IMG/VR virus record: IMGVR_UViG_3300032053_000013
Location: 32,001 to 96,000 of that record
Source: a virus
Reading direction: 5' to 3' (one strand)
Length of the DNA stretch: 64,000 nucleotides
The position numbers and the translations under genes are program-made. Shown one piece after another: positions 53,743-61,209 of this stretch (the first letter of the stretch is position 1; every line of letters begins with the position of its first letter). Under the pieces are notes generated by a model that saw only the letters and a list, made by a program, of their open reading frames with translations, was not told the DNA's origin and did no database searches.

Positions 53743-53851
53743 CGGAGGAGATGTCGCTCCTCACGACGCTGCTGGGGATAGGGGGCCAGTTCGAGAGGAC
53801 GGGAAGCAGGATCGTGGTCCGGTTCCCCGTCCCCGCGGGGTGGTCCGCTGA
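53480..53851 (+). CDS. Hypothetical protein
   Basis: SD AAGGAGG; N-terminus similar to the 53921 protein. Confidence 0.6.
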   Translation: MPEITVILDGKDFRRLVAGRAVETEVRVRDVQCWIRIGMGELDFKAMVEAIRDAMDGLGHAPPDGEKQEQEPPQGAAPRSEEPRRGDDGGDVAPHDAAGDRGPVREDGKQDRGPVPRPRGVVR

Positions 53852-53924
53852 GGACTGGGGAAGGGACACGAGGGAGATACTGATCAGGTTCAGGAAGGTC
53901 GTCCGTTCAGGAGAGACGGCATGA
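53658..53924 (+). CDS. Hypothetical coiled-coil protein
   Basis: 88 aa; ATGA overlap with 53921. Confidence 0.55.
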   Translation: MHLQTAKNRSKNRLKEQLLEARNRVAEMTEEMSLLTTLLGIGGQFERTGSRIVVRFPVPAGWSAEDWGRDTREILIRFRKVVRSGETA

Positions 53925-54418
53925 GGCGGATCGCGTTCAGGATCGAGGGGGAGGACCTGGTGAGGTTCATGGCGGGGGAGGCCGTCGAGGCCAGGGGCGT
54001 CGACAGCGTGGGGGCCCGGTGGTCCCTGTCCCTGCGGAGCGCCCCGGCCGAGCCGGGGGAGGCGCCGAGGGTCGTGGACGTCGCGGTCGAGGAGGCCCCG
54101 ACCTGGGCCGTCCTCATCGGGGGCCACGTGATCGGGCACGAGACGCACGAGGAGCCCGGGGAGGCCGTCCGGGAGGCGTTCTCCGCGGCCGGGCTGTCCT
54201 CGCTGCCGGAGGCCGTAGAGGTCGTGGCCAGGCGGGACGACACCGGCGAGTCGTGGGTGGTCTTCACCCTGGACGGCGAGGCCTACTGCGTCCCGTTCGC
54301 CGAGTTCGCCGCCGACGTCCTCAAGTCCGACCGGTGGACGGGGGCGCAGAGGACGAAGCGGACCGAGATCGACGCGCTCATGGCCGAGATCAGGTCCCTG
54401 GCGGGCAAGGCCCGGTAG
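53921..54418 (+). CDS. Hypothetical protein
   Basis: 165 aa. Confidence 0.65.
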   Translation: MRRIAFRIEGEDLVRFMAGEAVEARGVDSVGARWSLSLRSAPAEPGEAPRVVDVAVEEAPTWAVLIGGHVIGHETHEEPGEAVREAFSAAGLSSLPEAVEVVARRDDTGESWVVFTLDGEAYCVPFAEFAADVLKSDRWTGAQRTKRTEIDALMAEIRSLAGKAR

Positions 54419-54426
54419 GGGGGGAG

Positions 54427-54696
54427 ATGCCCCTCGGGTGGGTCCCGGTCCGCGGGGAGAGGGTGCGCTACCGGTCCAGGCCGGTGGTGGTCCTGTCGGT
54501 GCGCGTCTACTCGCCGACGAGCGGGAGGGACGCGGCCTGGGCCGAGGTGAGGGAGTCCCCGGACAAGCCGCCGAGGCGGCGGGCCCGCAGGCGCACCCGC
54601 GAGGAGCGGGTGGCCGACGTCATCATGGGGAGGGAGAAGGATGCCCCCGCTGCCCATTCCCGACTCGTCCCTATTCTTCATCTGTCGCCACTGTGA
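54427..54696 (+). CDS. Hypothetical protein (KOW/SH3-like beta start)
   Basis: MPLGWVPVRGERVRY...; SD GGGGAG. Confidence 0.5.
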   Translation: MPLGWVPVRGERVRYRSRPVVVLSVRVYSPTSGRDAAWAEVRESPDKPPRRRARRRTREERVADVIMGREKDAPAAHSRLVPILHLSPL

Positions 54697-55027
54697 GGCC
54701 ATGGCGGCGGCGTGGGACGGGGGGCGGAAGACGTGCGGCGCCGACTGCGGCGGCCCGCTGAAGGGCAGGATGTACCCGCGCTACCGCGGCCCGCTCACGC
54801 CGGGCGTCGTCGCCACCAGGTGCTTCGTCTGCGGAGAGGGGGCGGCGGACCACGTCTCCGACGAGAGGATGTCGAGGATCCTCGGGGTCTGCGGGAAGCA
54901 TTCCCACTGCGTCAGGCGGACCGACATGTCCAAGGTCAGGCCGGAGGACCGGGGGATAGTGACCACGAGGAAGGTCGAGGTCCCGCCGGAGGAGCTGTTC
55001 GGGCTGCCAGAGAAGGAGCGCGGATGA
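54641..55027 (+). CDS. Cys-rich Zn-binding hypothetical protein
   Basis: CRHC, CGADC, CFVC, VCGKH motifs. Confidence 0.65.
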   Translation: MPPLPIPDSSLFFICRHCEAMAAAWDGGRKTCGADCGGPLKGRMYPRYRGPLTPGVVATRCFVCGEGAADHVSDERMSRILGVCGKHSHCVRRTDMSKVRPEDRGIVTTRKVEVPPEELFGLPEKERG

Positions 55028-55359
55028 CACTCTCGAAGAGGATGGAGGAGGGGTTCTGGGCCACCATCGGGCTCGCCCTCCCCCCTGAAGTCAAAGTGAT
55101 GGTCTCCAAGGAGGAGAGATTGCCTGGCCTGTTCCTGGACGTGATGGGCCACACCGCCCAAGTGGTTCCCCCCGACGAGCCCTGTCACCTCATCTTCGTG
55201 GACCTGCAACCGGAGGCGAACTGGGCGCATGAATGCCTCTACGTCTACGTCGTTTCGGACGGGAGCCTGTTCGCGGTGAAGCACGATTGGCCGCCGAACG
55301 AGAAACATGAGATGACCCCGATGGAGCGTCCCCGGGAAGGAGCCCCGTCGATTTCGTAA
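55024..55359 (+). CDS. Hypothetical protein
   Basis: MTLSKRMEE...IFVDLQPEANWAHECLYVYV; lower GC. Confidence 0.6.
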   Translation: MTLSKRMEEGFWATIGLALPPEVKVMVSKEERLPGLFLDVMGHTAQVVPPDEPCHLIFVDLQPEANWAHECLYVYVVSDGSLFAVKHDWPPNEKHEMTPMERPREGAPSIS

Positions 55360-55371
55360 TACAGGAGACCC

Positions 55372-55704
55372 ATGGACGCGAAGCAACTTAAATCGCTGGA
55401 GAAGAGGCTCCTGGAGAAACGGGAGCAACTCTTCAACGACATCGGGCGCATGAAGGCCGATGAGGCGATAAGGATTCCCAGCAAGAATTCAGAAGAGTTC
55501 GACTACGAGGTCGAGATCACGCGGGGCCTGATCGAGACGGAAGAGAGGGAGATCCGCGAGATCGACATGGCCCTGGGGAGGATCGAGGGCAAAACCTTCG
55601 GGATCTGCGAGTCCTGCGGGAAGGAGATCAAACCCTCCCGGCTCAAGGCACTTCCGAACGCCCGGCAGTGCCTTCCTTGCAAGATAAAAGAGGAGGAGGC
55701 GTGA
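55372..55704 (+). CDS. TraR/DksA family C4 Zn-finger protein
   Basis: EIDMALGRIEGKTFGICESCGKEIKPSRLKALPNARQCLPCK. Confidence 0.92.
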   Translation: MDAKQLKSLEKRLLEKREQLFNDIGRMKADEAIRIPSKNSEEFDYEVEITRGLIETEEREIREIDMALGRIEGKTFGICESCGKEIKPSRLKALPNARQCLPCKIKEEEA

Positions 55705-56282
55705 AGATCGGGGATGTAGTCATCCTGAAGGGGAAGGTGGTAGAGAAGGAATGTGGCTCCATCTCATCGAAGGGGGATCACCTCACCCTCATCGAGGGGA
55801 AGGCCGACATCGGAGGATGCGTACTGGCGAAGGACTGGCGGGGGGAGGTTCACTGCATCAATCCGGACCTTTTCGAGGTGGTATGGACCCGCGAGGAGGA
55901 AGTCGCCAGGAAGATGATGGATCCGGAGCCCGTGCAGTTCAAGCCGGTGAGCCTCCCGGAGATCGAGCAACGGCTCCTACAGTCCATGGCCCAGATGGTG
56001 TCTGTCAATCTCGACAAGGAGATCACCGCCGACTGGAAGTGGGTGGAGGGAAAGATGAACGCGAGCAGGCATGAGCCGCCGCCGAGGCCGGGGGAGAAGA
56101 GGGTCCTCGACCTCGTCCTCGCCGACCTCAGGGCGCGGGCGGAGGCGGGGAAGATCAAGTACGGGACGTACCTCATGACGCGGAACGGGAGGGACGCCCT
56201 GATGGACGCGTACCAGGAGGCGCTGGACCTTGTCATGTACCTCCGCCAGGAGCTCGAGGAGAAGGAGGAGAGGCGTGGGTGA
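55701..56282 (+). CDS. Hypothetical N-terminal domain fused to MazG-like nucleotide pyrophosphohydrolase-type domain
   Basis: C-terminal G..KYGTYLM..NGRDALMDAYQEALDLVMYL; internal SD plus in-frame ATG at 56055. Confidence 0.55.
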   Translation: MKIGDVVILKGKVVEKECGSISSKGDHLTLIEGKADIGGCVLAKDWRGEVHCINPDLFEVVWTREEEVARKMMDPEPVQFKPVSLPEIEQRLLQSMAQMVSVNLDKEITADWKWVEGKMNASRHEPPPRPGEKRVLDLVLADLRARAEAGKIKYGTYLMTRNGRDALMDAYQEALDLVMYLRQELEEKEERRG

Positions 56283-56514
56283 GAAGAAGGTCTGCCCGAG
56301 GTGCGGGAAGGAGTTTGTCGAGGGGCGCGAGGAGTACATGGACCCGACGAAGCACGGGTGGCCGGTGCCGACGGGCCAGAAGAGCGCGGACGGCTTCGAC
56401 GTCTGGAGGGTCCTCCTCTGCGCCGACGCGACGCCGGAGCAGGTCGCGGAGTACAGGGCCGTCAAGACGGACCAGTCCCTGGGGATCAGGTCCGTGGGAT
56501 TCGGGAAGAACTGA
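56275..56514 (+). CDS. Small hypothetical protein (CPRC)
   Basis: GTG start after AGGAGAGG. Confidence 0.55.
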   Translation: MGEKKVCPRCGKEFVEGREEYMDPTKHGWPVPTGQKSADGFDVWRVLLCADATPEQVAEYRAVKTDQSLGIRSVGFGKN

Positions 56515-56726
56515 TGGTGGAAATGATCAGAAGGCGGACAACCATCGACCTCGCCATCTACACGTTCCAGGAGACGGAGGGGTCGTTCTGCCCCTGCGGG
56601 GGGAAGGCGCACCTCCTGGCGCCGAGGGAGCCGGACCGCGACGCGCCCATCTTCTACCTCTGCGCGAAGTGCGGACGGATCGCCCAGGCGGGCGTCGGAG
56701 AGGTGTCGCCTCAGGAGGATCGATGA
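56514..56726 (+). CDS. Small Zn-ribbon protein
   Basis: CPCG and CAKC; coupled at both ends. Confidence 0.55.
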   Translation: MVEMIRRRTTIDLAIYTFQETEGSFCPCGGKAHLLAPREPDRDAPIFYLCAKCGRIAQAGVGEVSPQEDR

Positions 56727-58894
56727 TGGAGACGGAGTACGTCAGGTCGCTGCGGGTGGACTGGAAGGCGGAGCCGCCGGTCGGATCCCCGACGGTCGTG
56801 AGCACCTTCGCCGGGTGCGGGGGGAGCTCGCTCGGGTACCGGATGGCCGGGTTCCGGGAGCTGCTCGCCGTCGACTTCGAGGAGAACGCCGTGGCGACGT
56901 TCGCCAGGAACTTCCCGGGGGTCCCGGTCTGGCAGCGGGACATCACGAAGGTCACGGCGGAGGAGGTCCTGTCCTTCTGCAAGATCGGGAAGGGGGACCT
57001 GGACGTGTTCGACGGCAGCCCGCCGTGCTTCCCGGCCGGGACGGATGTGTGGACGGCGCGTGGGAAGGTGCCGATAGAAGGGGTTGAGATAGGGGATCTT
57101 GTGCTTACGCATAGGGGTCGGTACAGGAGGGTGGTCGGGAGGACGAAGAGGATAGCGGGAGGGCTGAGAAGGCTGGTAATCAAGTATGGTCGGGAGGATA
57201 TTGTTTGCACCGAGGGGCACCCTTTGTATGTGAGGAGGAGGGCGGGTCCGAGAGTGAGGAGTTACTCCGCGCCCGAGTGGGCCGCGGCGAAGGAGATTAG
57301 GCCGGGCGATGTTGTTCTGGAGCCGCATGTCGCGGAGGTCCCCGATCTGGTCGTGCCGGATGTGGTAACAAGGCAGAGGATCAACGTGGAGGGGCAGAGC
57401 GGGTCCGACCGGAGCGAGATGCGGCTGCTGTCGAGGCCGTGTTCCTTGGATTGGAAATCCTCTGAGTTTGCATGGGTTCTGGGGTTCTACGTGGCCGAGG
57501 GGCATCGCCGGGGCCGAGAGCCGACGTTTGTTGATGGGGGGCCATATCGGCGCGAGGTGGTGTTCTCGGTTGCGGATAAGGAAGCGGCTCCGCTTTCCGT
57601 GAGGCTGTCGGGGATGGGCCTCCATGCCTGCGTCCAGAGGCACAGCCAGGGATCGTCGAGGGTGTCGGTGAGCGACCTGGACCTGTGGTCTCTTGTGGGG
57701 GTTGTGGGGGAGGGCGCGGGGGGCAAGAGGATACCGGCGGCGTTCCATGCCCAGCCGGAGGAGTGGCAGAAGGCTTTCCTGGACGGGTACTTCGAGGGGG
57801 ATGGGTGCCTGAAAAGGAACGGGAAGGCAGGGGTCGTCAGGAAGGCGACCACGGTGTCGAGGGACCTCGCGGAGGGCGTGGCCAGGATGGTCGCCAGGGC
57901 GTTCGGAGTGGTGGCGTCGATTGATGTTCTTTATCCCGCGGGTGTAGGTAGCATCCAAGGCAGAAGTGTGATGGTAAGGGAGGCGTATTCGGTCGGCTAT
58001 AGCCTTCCGGGATCGAGGAAGCCGAGGCCAGGGTTTGTCGATGAGGCTGGGGCGTGGCTGCCCGTCGTGAGTAATGAGGAAGAGGATCGGGCTGCGGAGG
58101 ACGTCTACAACCTGGAGGTGGAGGAGGACGAGTCGTACGTGGCTGGAGGACTGGCGGTCCATAACTGCCAGGGCTTCTCGATGAGCGGGTCGAGGAAGGT
58201 GAGCGACCCGAGGAACAGCCTGTTCATGGAGTTCGCGCGGCTCATCGAGGGGCTGGGGCCGAGGGTCTTCCTCATGGAGAACGTGGCCGGGCAGGTGCGC
58301 GGCAAGATGCGGGGGGCCTTCATCGAGATCATGAGGGTGCTGAAGGGGACGGGGTACGCGGTGAAGTGCGCGCTGCTCAACGCGGCGCACTACGGGGTTC
58401 CGCAGCACAGGGAGAGGATGATCTACATCGGGGTGAGGCCCGACGTCGGGGCGGAGCCGTCGTTCCCCAGGCCGTCGGCGAGGGTGGTGACGTGCGGCGA
58501 GGCCATCGGGGACCTGGAGGGGTTCGACGACGGGGTGAAGATGCCGGGGTTCTCGAAGAGCCCGAGGGCGAGCAGGATGCTTAGCCAGATCCGGGAGGGG
58601 CAGCATGGGCTGGACGCCGACGCCAAGGGCGGGTACTTCAACACCGCGAGGATCGACAGGCTGAGGGTCGCTCCCACCATCCTCAAGACGAGCAGCCCCG
58701 CGTCGGGCCTGGTCCACTACGACGGGAGCAGGTGGCTCACCATCGCGGAGGCGAAGAGGATCGCGTCCTTCCCCGACGACTTCGAGCTCATCGGGAGCTA
58801 CCAGCACAGGTGGGCGAGGATCGGGAACGCGGTCATGCCCATGTTCATGCGGGCGCTGGCGTCCCACGTCAGGAAGGAGATCCTGGGGAGATGA
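56723..58894 (+). CDS. C5 cytosine DNA methyltransferase precursor containing an intein
   Basis: STFAGCGG (motif I), GSPP|CQGFS (motif IV split by intein), MENV (VI), GVPQHRER (VIII), IGNAV (X). Confidence 0.95.
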   Translation: MMETEYVRSLRVDWKAEPPVGSPTVVSTFAGCGGSSLGYRMAGFRELLAVDFEENAVATFARNFPGVPVWQRDITKVTAEEVLSFCKIGKGDLDVFDGSPPCFPAGTDVWTARGKVPIEGVEIGDLVLTHRGRYRRVVGRTKRIAGGLRRLVIKYGREDIVCTEGHPLYVRRRAGPRVRSYSAPEWAAAKEIRPGDVVLEPHVAEVPDLVVPDVVTRQRINVEGQSGSDRSEMRLLSRPCSLDWKSSEFAWVLGFYVAEGHRRGREPTFVDGGPYRREVVFSVADKEAAPLSVRLSGMGLHACVQRHSQGSSRVSVSDLDLWSLVGVVGEGAGGKRIPAAFHAQPEEWQKAFLDGYFEGDGCLKRNGKAGVVRKATTVSRDLAEGVARMVARAFGVVASIDVLYPAGVGSIQGRSVMVREAYSVGYSLPGSRKPRPGFVDEAGAWLPVVSNEEEDRAAEDVYNLEVEEDESYVAGGLAVHNCQGFSMSGSRKVSDPRNSLFMEFARLIEGLGPRVFLMENVAGQVRGKMRGAFIEIMRVLKGTGYAVKCALLNAAHYGVPQHRERMIYIGVRPDVGAEPSFPRPSARVVTCGEAIGDLEGFDDGVKMPGFSKSPRASRMLSQIREGQHGLDADAKGGYFNTARIDRLRVAPTILKTSSPASGLVHYDGSRWLTIAEAKRIASFPDDFELIGSYQHRWARIGNAVMPMFMRALASHVRKEILGR
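57026..58165 (+). mobile_element. Intein with LAGLIDADG endonuclease (380 aa)
   Basis: Starts CFPAGTDV, ends VYNLEV...YVAGGLAVHN followed by Cys +1; LGFYVAEG and FLDGYFEGDG motifs; distinct codon use. Confidence 0.95.
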
Positions 58895-59376
58895 GCAAGG
58901 CGAAGCTGGAGGTCGTCTACGTCGACGCGTCGGCCCTGAGGCCGAACGGGTGGAACCCGAACGAGATGGACGCCGGGATGCTCGACAGGCTCATGCGCGA
59001 GGTCGAGCGGGTCGGGTTCGTCCAGCCCGTGGCGGCGATGAGGGACGGCACGATCATCGACGGGGAGCATCGCTGGGTGCTCGCCAGGGACAAGGGGTGG
59101 AAGGTGCCCGTCGTGTACCTGGACGTCGACGAGAGGACGGCGAAGACCCTCTGCGTGAACATGAACGCGATCCGCGGGGAGAACGACCCGGCCAGGCTCG
59201 TCGCCCTGGTGGAGTCGCTCGGGATGCCGGGGAGGGAGATGGAGAGGGTCCTCGGGATCACGTCGGGGGACATGGACGCGCTGCGGGCCGCCCTGGAGGC
59301 GCCCGACATCAGGGAGTTCGACGAGAACATCGAGACGAGGCACGCGTGCCCGAGGTGCGGATATAAATGGTCATGA
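58891..59376 (+). CDS. ParB N-terminal-like protein 1
   Basis: LRPNGWNPNEM...VGFVQP...IIDGEHRW; C-terminal CPRC. Confidence 0.88.
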   Translation: MSKAKLEVVYVDASALRPNGWNPNEMDAGMLDRLMREVERVGFVQPVAAMRDGTIIDGEHRWVLARDKGWKVPVVYLDVDERTAKTLCVNMNAIRGENDPARLVALVESLGMPGREMERVLGITSGDMDALRAALEAPDIREFDENIETRHACPRCGYKWS

Positions 59377-59978
59377 CGCCTGGCGGAAAGATCGAGATCG
59401 AGGTGGTCCCGATAGGGAGCGTGAGGCCGAACGAGTGGAACCCCAACGTCCTCCCGTCGAGGAGGTACGCCCACCTCCGAAAGGAGCTGGTCCGCGTCGG
59501 GTTCGCGGCGCCGCTCGTGGTGTCGCGGGACGGGACCATCATCAACGGCGAGCACAGGTGGAGGGCGGCCGGGGAGGAGGGGTTCTCCGAGGTCCCGGTC
59601 GTCAGGCTCGACGTCGACGAGGCCACGGCGAAGACGATCTCCCTCAACCTCAACTCGATCCACGGGGAGTTCGACAAGGCCAGGCTGGCGATGCTCGTGG
59701 CCGGGCTGGAGATCGACATCCCGAAGGACGATCTGCTGGAGATCCTCGACTACACGGACAGGGAGATGGCGGCCCTCATGGACCCTCCCCCGCCGAAGGA
59801 CAAGGCCGGGGGCGGGGGGGCGGGCGAGGAGTGCGAGTGCCCGAGGTGCGGGCACCGGTTCGTCGAGGGGCAGGACTCGGGCGTGGACATCGACGGGGGA
59901 GGCGGGGATGGACACGGTGGCGCCGGAGGTGCGGTCGAGGATCATGGCCCGAATCAGGGGGAGGGGCACGGGGCCTGA
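59367..59978 (+). CDS. ParB N-terminal-like protein 2
   Basis: VRPNEWNPNVL...IINGEHRWRAA; C-terminal CPRCGH. Confidence 0.88.
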   Translation: MVMTPGGKIEIEVVPIGSVRPNEWNPNVLPSRRYAHLRKELVRVGFAAPLVVSRDGTIINGEHRWRAAGEEGFSEVPVVRLDVDEATAKTISLNLNSIHGEFDKARLAMLVAGLEIDIPKDDLLEILDYTDREMAALMDPPPPKDKAGGGGAGEECECPRCGHRFVEGQDSGVDIDGGGGDGHGGAGGAVEDHGPNQGEGHGA

Positions 59979-60318
59979 GAGGGCCCTGGCCGCCGCGCTG
60001 GGCGGGTCGGGCCTGGAGTTCACGGCGAACGACGGGTCGCTCCCCGGCAGCCCCGACCTGGCCTTCGCCGGGGCGAGGCTCGCCGTGTTCGTCAACGGGT
60101 GCTTCTGGCACGGGTGCCCGAGGCACTACCGTCTGCCTAAGTCCAACGTCGAGTTCTGGGAGAGGAAGGTCCGGGGGAACCGGAGGAGGGACGCGAGGGC
60201 GAGGCGGGCCCTCAACCGGGCGGGGTGGTCGGTCATGGTCGTGTGGGAGCACGACGTGAGGTCGGACCCGGAGCGGGCGGCCGCGAGGGTCGCCGGGAGG
60301 GCGGCGCGGTGCGCGTGA
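59908..60318 (+). CDS. vsr: Very-short-patch repair endonuclease
   Basis: RSRIMARIRGRGTGPE, LPGSPDL, FVNGCFWHGC, FWERK..N..RD, VWEHD. Confidence 0.93.
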   Translation: MDTVAPEVRSRIMARIRGRGTGPERALAAALGGSGLEFTANDGSLPGSPDLAFAGARLAVFVNGCFWHGCPRHYRLPKSNVEFWERKVRGNRRRDARARRALNRAGWSVMVVWEHDVRSDPERAAARVAGRAARCA

Positions 60319-60662
60319 GGATCGGCAAGGCGCTGGACGCGGAGATCAGGGGGGAGATCGCGAGGGCCGTGGAGGCCGCCGCGCAGTCCTTCCTGTTCGA
60401 GCCGGGGACGGAGGCTCTCTCCGAGGTCGTCAAGGATTCCGCCGTCGAGGAGGCGGCCGGGGTCGTCGAGGAGTACGGCGTCAGGATCCCGTGGCAGCCG
60501 GAGTGTAGGAGGTCGGACGCGAGGAGGCTGGTGGCGGACCGGATCTCCGTGAGCTGCGAGGATGGCGCGGTGCAAATCGACATCCGGGTCTCGCTGGAGG
60601 GGCTGACCTGCGACATCTCGGAGGAGAGGTTCGTGGCGCTCAGGATGCTGCCCGAGGGGTAG
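60315..60662 (+). CDS. Hypothetical protein, weakly sheath C-terminal-domain-like
   Basis: IARAVEAAAQSFLFEPGTEAL pattern. Confidence 0.5.
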   Translation: MRIGKALDAEIRGEIARAVEAAAQSFLFEPGTEALSEVVKDSAVEEAAGVVEEYGVRIPWQPECRRSDARRLVADRISVSCEDGAVQIDIRVSLEGLTCDISEERFVALRMLPEG

Positions 60663-60724
60663 GACGGAGGGAAACACACAATGAATTGTGGTCTGAGGGT
60701 GGAAATGGCCGACAGACGGTAGTC

Positions 60725-60754
60725 CTTGTAAATACTTGTAAATAATGGATTTAC
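60725..60754. promoter_or_regulatory. Operator-like repeats (CTTGTAAATA x2; GTAAAT-N5-ATTTAC)
   Basis: AT-rich island directly upstream of the -35 at 60768. Confidence 0.55.
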
Positions 60755-60767
60755 GACATTTTAGCCG

Positions 60768-60795
60768 TTGACCCGAATGGCGGGCGGCGTATAAT
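60768..60795 (+). promoter_or_regulatory. Promoter TTGACC-N16-TATAAT (6)
   Basis: Read directly from sequence. Confidence 0.8.
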
Positions 60796-60801
60796 TATCG
60801 T

Positions 60802-61099
60802 GTTCACCTATTGCCCCGATGGGGCCGACGCCCCATAATATAGATGTCATGGCCGCTGGCAACGGCCCAGAGCAGGGGGAAAGGAACAGGGAAGTGGGGA
60901 CGAGGAAGACCAGCACCGAAAAACCGGTGTCGGATTGCCACCCGATTCCGGGGGGGCGAAGCGGGGAACTTCCCCACTACCCGCCCTGCGTAGCCCCCGA
61001 AACAAACAACCAGGCCGCGACTCGAAAGAGGGCGCGGCCTGTTCTATCTGCTGGAAGTGCCAAGAAGAGCCGTCGGCGCATGGGCGTCGGCGGCTTTTT
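60802..61099 (+). ncRNA. Candidate structured RNA or attenuated leader (~300 nt)
   Basis: Bounded by a promoter and a terminator; several GC-rich hairpins including a GAAA tetraloop; no convincing ORF. Confidence 0.5.
61068..61099 (+). terminator. Intrinsic terminator upstream of the replication gene
   Basis: AGCCGTCGGCGC-ATGG-GCGTCGGCGGCT followed by TTTT. Confidence 0.75.
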
Positions 61100-61209
61100 C
61101 GTTTCTCCGCCCCAACCGAGTGACGGGGAGGGGATGGAGCGTGACGGCGTGGGGGAATTGCCGGTCCGTTTCCCTGGAGCGAGTCAGGGGGACGGGGAGG
61201 GACTTTTCT

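Noticed and set aside
56279-56722. N-terminal extension of the 871-aa methyltransferase ORF
   Set aside because: Overlaps two better small genes; SD AGGAGG places the real start at 56723.
60802-61099. tRNA, tmRNA, RNase P, or group I/II intron fragment
   Set aside because: Only superficial short matches (GCGGGGAAC; GAGCCG). No cloverleaf, no GAGGAAAGUCC, no domain V bulge; kept as an unassigned structured RNA.
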